From positions 1 to 19,969 of the forward strand of contig CANQXX010000034.1 of the NCBI GenBank assembly GCA_947627905.1: 19,969 bases of DNA. The letters run 5' to 3'. Below, piece by piece: positions 18,192 to 19,969 of the stretch. A program made the translations under genes and the position numbers. This DNA is from an uncultured Clostridia bacterium (GTDB lineage Bacteria > Bacillota > Clostridia > Oscillospirales > Ruminococcaceae). How positions within the stretch are numbered: the first letter of the stretch is position 1; the number at the start of each line of letters is the position of its first letter. The notes beneath the pieces were generated by a model that ran no database searches, was not told where the DNA came from, and worked only from the letters and a program-made list of their open reading frames with translations.

Positions 18192-18242
18192 ATGTTTACA
18201 AGAAAAAAACAAATAAAATTCGGGAGGATAGGTAATTTTTAA
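18192..18242 (+). CDS. 16-codon leader ORF (MFTRKKQIKFGRIGNF)
   Basis: ATG lies 6 nt after AAAGGAGGG (18177-18185). The stop TAA at 18240-18242 is 22 nt before the main ATG. The anti-SD-like CTCC (18245-18248) can pair either with GGGAG inside the leader ORF or with the main gene's SD. Confidence 0.35.
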   Translation: MFTRKKQIKFGRIGNF

Positions 18243-18264
18243 TTCTCCCAAGACAGGAGGATAT

Positions 18265-18807
18265 ATGTATTTTTATCATGTAGTTTCGGATAAGCCCAAA
18301 CAAGTCGGGCAGCGATTTTTATTGAATGAAGATAATCCCAACGGTGTGCATGACCGTGTGTATGCGCAGATGAGTACAGTTGAGGATATTTACAATGATC
18401 CGAAAAAATATGAAGGGGTAGAATTGACTCACGAAGTCGATGTTGCTCTTCGTGAACTTGCGTTAGAAAAAGTACGAAAGGAAAAATATCCGCAGTATCC
18501 GTCCCGCATGGCAGCGCTGTATGTTTCAAAAACATATGAAGAAGCCGTGCGGTGGGGTGAATATTTTGCCCGTATCGGACGTCCTACATATTGTGTTGCA
18601 AAGATAAAGGTCAACGGAAATTCCTATTATGGCGACGCATACAAATGCTTTGACGGAACGATTTCAGAAGAAGAAAATCTCAGGCTTGCGGAAATTTATT
18701 GGCGGAACGGACAGAATGAGGACGGTCACGAGCCGATAATTGAAGTGCTTGTAGACGGTGAGATAGAAATTGTTGAGATATTAAAAGAAATAAATGCAAA
18801 TATTTAA
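18265..18807 (+). CDS. uncharacterised 180-aa protein (resembles my recollection of DUF2441; unverified)
   Basis: ATG lies 4 nt after AGGAGG. Motifs are MYFYHVV..., LRELALEKVRKEKYPQYPSRMAALYVS and AEIYWRNG. A terminator follows downstream. Confidence 0.75.
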   Translation: MYFYHVVSDKPKQVGQRFLLNEDNPNGVHDRVYAQMSTVEDIYNDPKKYEGVELTHEVDVALRELALEKVRKEKYPQYPSRMAALYVSKTYEEAVRWGEYFARIGRPTYCVAKIKVNGNSYYGDAYKCFDGTISEEENLRLAEIYWRNGQNEDGHEPIIEVLVDGEIEIVEILKEINANI

Positions 18808-18860
18808 ATGTATTGATTTTAAAACGCAATTTTAAAAAATCCCTTGAATACAAAAGCAAA

Positions 18861-18900
18861 ACAGGCAGCCGCAAAATAGCGGCCGCCTGTTCTTTATTTC
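18861..18900. terminator. bidirectional terminator separating the 180-aa gene from the convergent nuclease gene
   Basis: ACAGGCAGCCGC (18861-18872) / GCGGCCGCCTGT (18879-18890), a 12-bp stem with one A-C mismatch. It is flanked by AAAAGCAAA and TCTTTATTTCTTTT. Confidence 0.7.
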
Positions 18901-19065
18901 TTTTAATTTTTAGATGTTCCGTGAAGAAATTTTACGCTTTCATAGCCTCTTCGACCGCAACTACAGATACGCAAATAAGCGAAATAATATAGGAATTGTG
19001 TATTACCCGTGTATTTCGTATAAATGCTCATATAAACTCATACCGCCAGTTAAATATGAAATGTG

Positions 19066-19725
19066 TTATCTATTCCGTAATTCTTCAACCATATCTTTTT
19101 TAAAATAGAACGCATGATTTTTATTTGATACATACCTTCCATATATTTTTGAAAATATAGGATTATAGTTACCACTACTATTTTTTGCGTCCTTTGAACG
19201 TATCTGCAAATGCTTTCCATTAGACGTATGGATAAAGCCATCTTTTGAATGTTCAATATGGTTAATAAGCTGATCACAGATAGAATAATAATCATCTTTC
19301 CATATCTTTAATAAATAAGCGTATTTATCAGATGAAAGATCAATATGTATTGGTTTTAAAAAATACCAATTTTCAGGTGTTCCTTCTTTGCATACAGGAA
19401 CATACAGTAAATTTTTTATTTTCTCATACAAATGTGTATTCTCAAATATCTTTTTATTTATTAACTCGTCAATAATTGAAGAAATCTGCGTAACAAATAT
19501 AGTTTCAAGCGGTTTTCCGTTGTGATCACACTTGTTTGTTTTTAATTCTCCGTTTTCAAAATCCAGATTACCGCTATCTAATTTCTTTCCTAAAGTCAAT
19601 TCCAGTAATTGTCCGGATTTGCCCTTATTTCTGATAATCGTTTGTATATCTTCCTTTGAAAATATTTCGATAAAGCTTTTTCCGGCTATACTGTCAATTT
19701 TCTTTTGTGCATCTTCTAATCTCAT
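19066..19725 (-). CDS. MutH / Sau3AI-family endonuclease (single domain, 219 aa from ATG 19725)
   Basis: Blocks matching E. coli MutH as I remember it. NKGKSGQLLELTLG matches DKGWIGVLLEIWLG. DFENGELKT matches DFAALGVELKT, the D..ExK core. GKPLETIFV matches GRPLETTFV, and GKHLQIRSKDAKNS matches GEYLQIRPKAANAK. AFYFKKD matches GFYLKKN. ATG 19725 is preceded by TGGGGGATAAT; the track's TTG at 19737 is less likely. Confidence 0.85.
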   Translation of the reverse strand: MRLEDAQKKIDSIAGKSFIEIFSKEDIQTIIRNKGKSGQLLELTLGKKLDSGNLDFENGELKTNKCDHNGKPLETIFVTQISSIIDELINKKIFENTHLYEKIKNLLYVPVCKEGTPENWYFLKPIHIDLSSDKYAYLLKIWKDDYYSICDQLINHIEHSKDGFIHTSNGKHLQIRSKDAKNSSGNYNPIFSKIYGRYVSNKNHAFYFKKDMVEELRNR

Positions 19726-19738
19726 ATTATCCCCCAAC

Positions 19739-19969
19739 TTATATATTGAAAAATTCTATTATTTCAACTTTTAATGCATTGGCTATCTGGTTCAACATTG
19801 CAAGTGAAAAACTTTTATCACAGTTAGCAGCTTCGATTTTTGATAGATAGCTTAAACTTATCCCAACTTTTTCGCATAGCTGCTGTTGTGTAAAACCTTT
19901 TTCTTTGCGCTTCCGTTTTATATTTAAGCCTACTGTACTATATAATTCTTTATCATCAGAAAAATACAC
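19739..19969 (-). CDS. XRE-family HTH protein, controller (C-protein)-like; possibly 5'-truncated by the window edge
   Basis: GFTQQQLCEKVGISLSYLSKIEAANCDKSFSLAMLNQIANALKV is a typical HTH_3 core. The reading frame is open to the last base of the window. The stop TAA at 19741-19739 lies 13 nt before the nuclease ATG. Confidence 0.75.
   Translation of the reverse strand: MYFSDDKELYSTVGLNIKRKRKEKGFTQQQLCEKVGISLSYLSKIEAANCDKSFSLAMLNQIANALKVEIIEFFNI

Noticed and set aside
18914-19108. 64-aa plus-strand ORF downstream of the nuclease gene (and 19050-19295 and 19532-19774 alternate-frame ORFs)
   Set aside because: The DNA here is very AT-rich. The ORFs lack an SD, overlap the MutH-like gene or its 3' flank, and have implausible protein composition.
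19726-19737. TTG start at 19737 for the nuclease gene
   Set aside because: The TTG lies within the purine-rich GGGGGA that serves better as the SD for ATG 19725, and the MutH homology does not need the extra four residues. Proteomic evidence could still overturn this.

Overview
About 20 kb of a Firmicutes/Clostridia-style chromosome, judged from sigma-A promoters with TGn-extended -10 boxes, strong GGAGG-type Shine-Dalgarno sites and TTG starts. The first ~17.8 kb is a housekeeping backbone. It carries an alpha/beta hydrolase, tex, an ECF S-component-like membrane protein, a cls plus TVP38/DedA operon, a zinc-finger/DUF2628-like membrane protein plus galU, a lone ABC ATPase and pyrG. It also carries a ppk2(two-domain)-sfsA-miniORF string, an uncharacterised helical protein and an atypical MetRS-like ligase. 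After the metG terminator (~17.87 kb) the character changes. There is an AT-rich spacer with a possibly decayed small membrane ORF. It is followed by a strong promoter, a 16-codon leader ORF and a 180-aa gene of unknown function. Beyond a bidirectional terminator lies a much more AT-rich convergent module that runs off the right edge. This module is an XRE/controller-like HTH gene followed by a single-domain MutH/Sau3AI-family endonuclease. It is my best candidate for an accessory or defence system, but it is incomplete in this window. Other points worth a second look are a 56-aa Cys4 miniORF missing from the ORF track and overlapping sfsA by ATGA, a MetRS-like enzyme with KASSS in place of KMSKS and no T-box, a repeat/hairpin cluster at the left edge, and a structured cls leader. 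I saw no rRNA, tRNA, CRISPR array, transposase or integrase. All family assignments come from motif recognition by eye; no searches were run.
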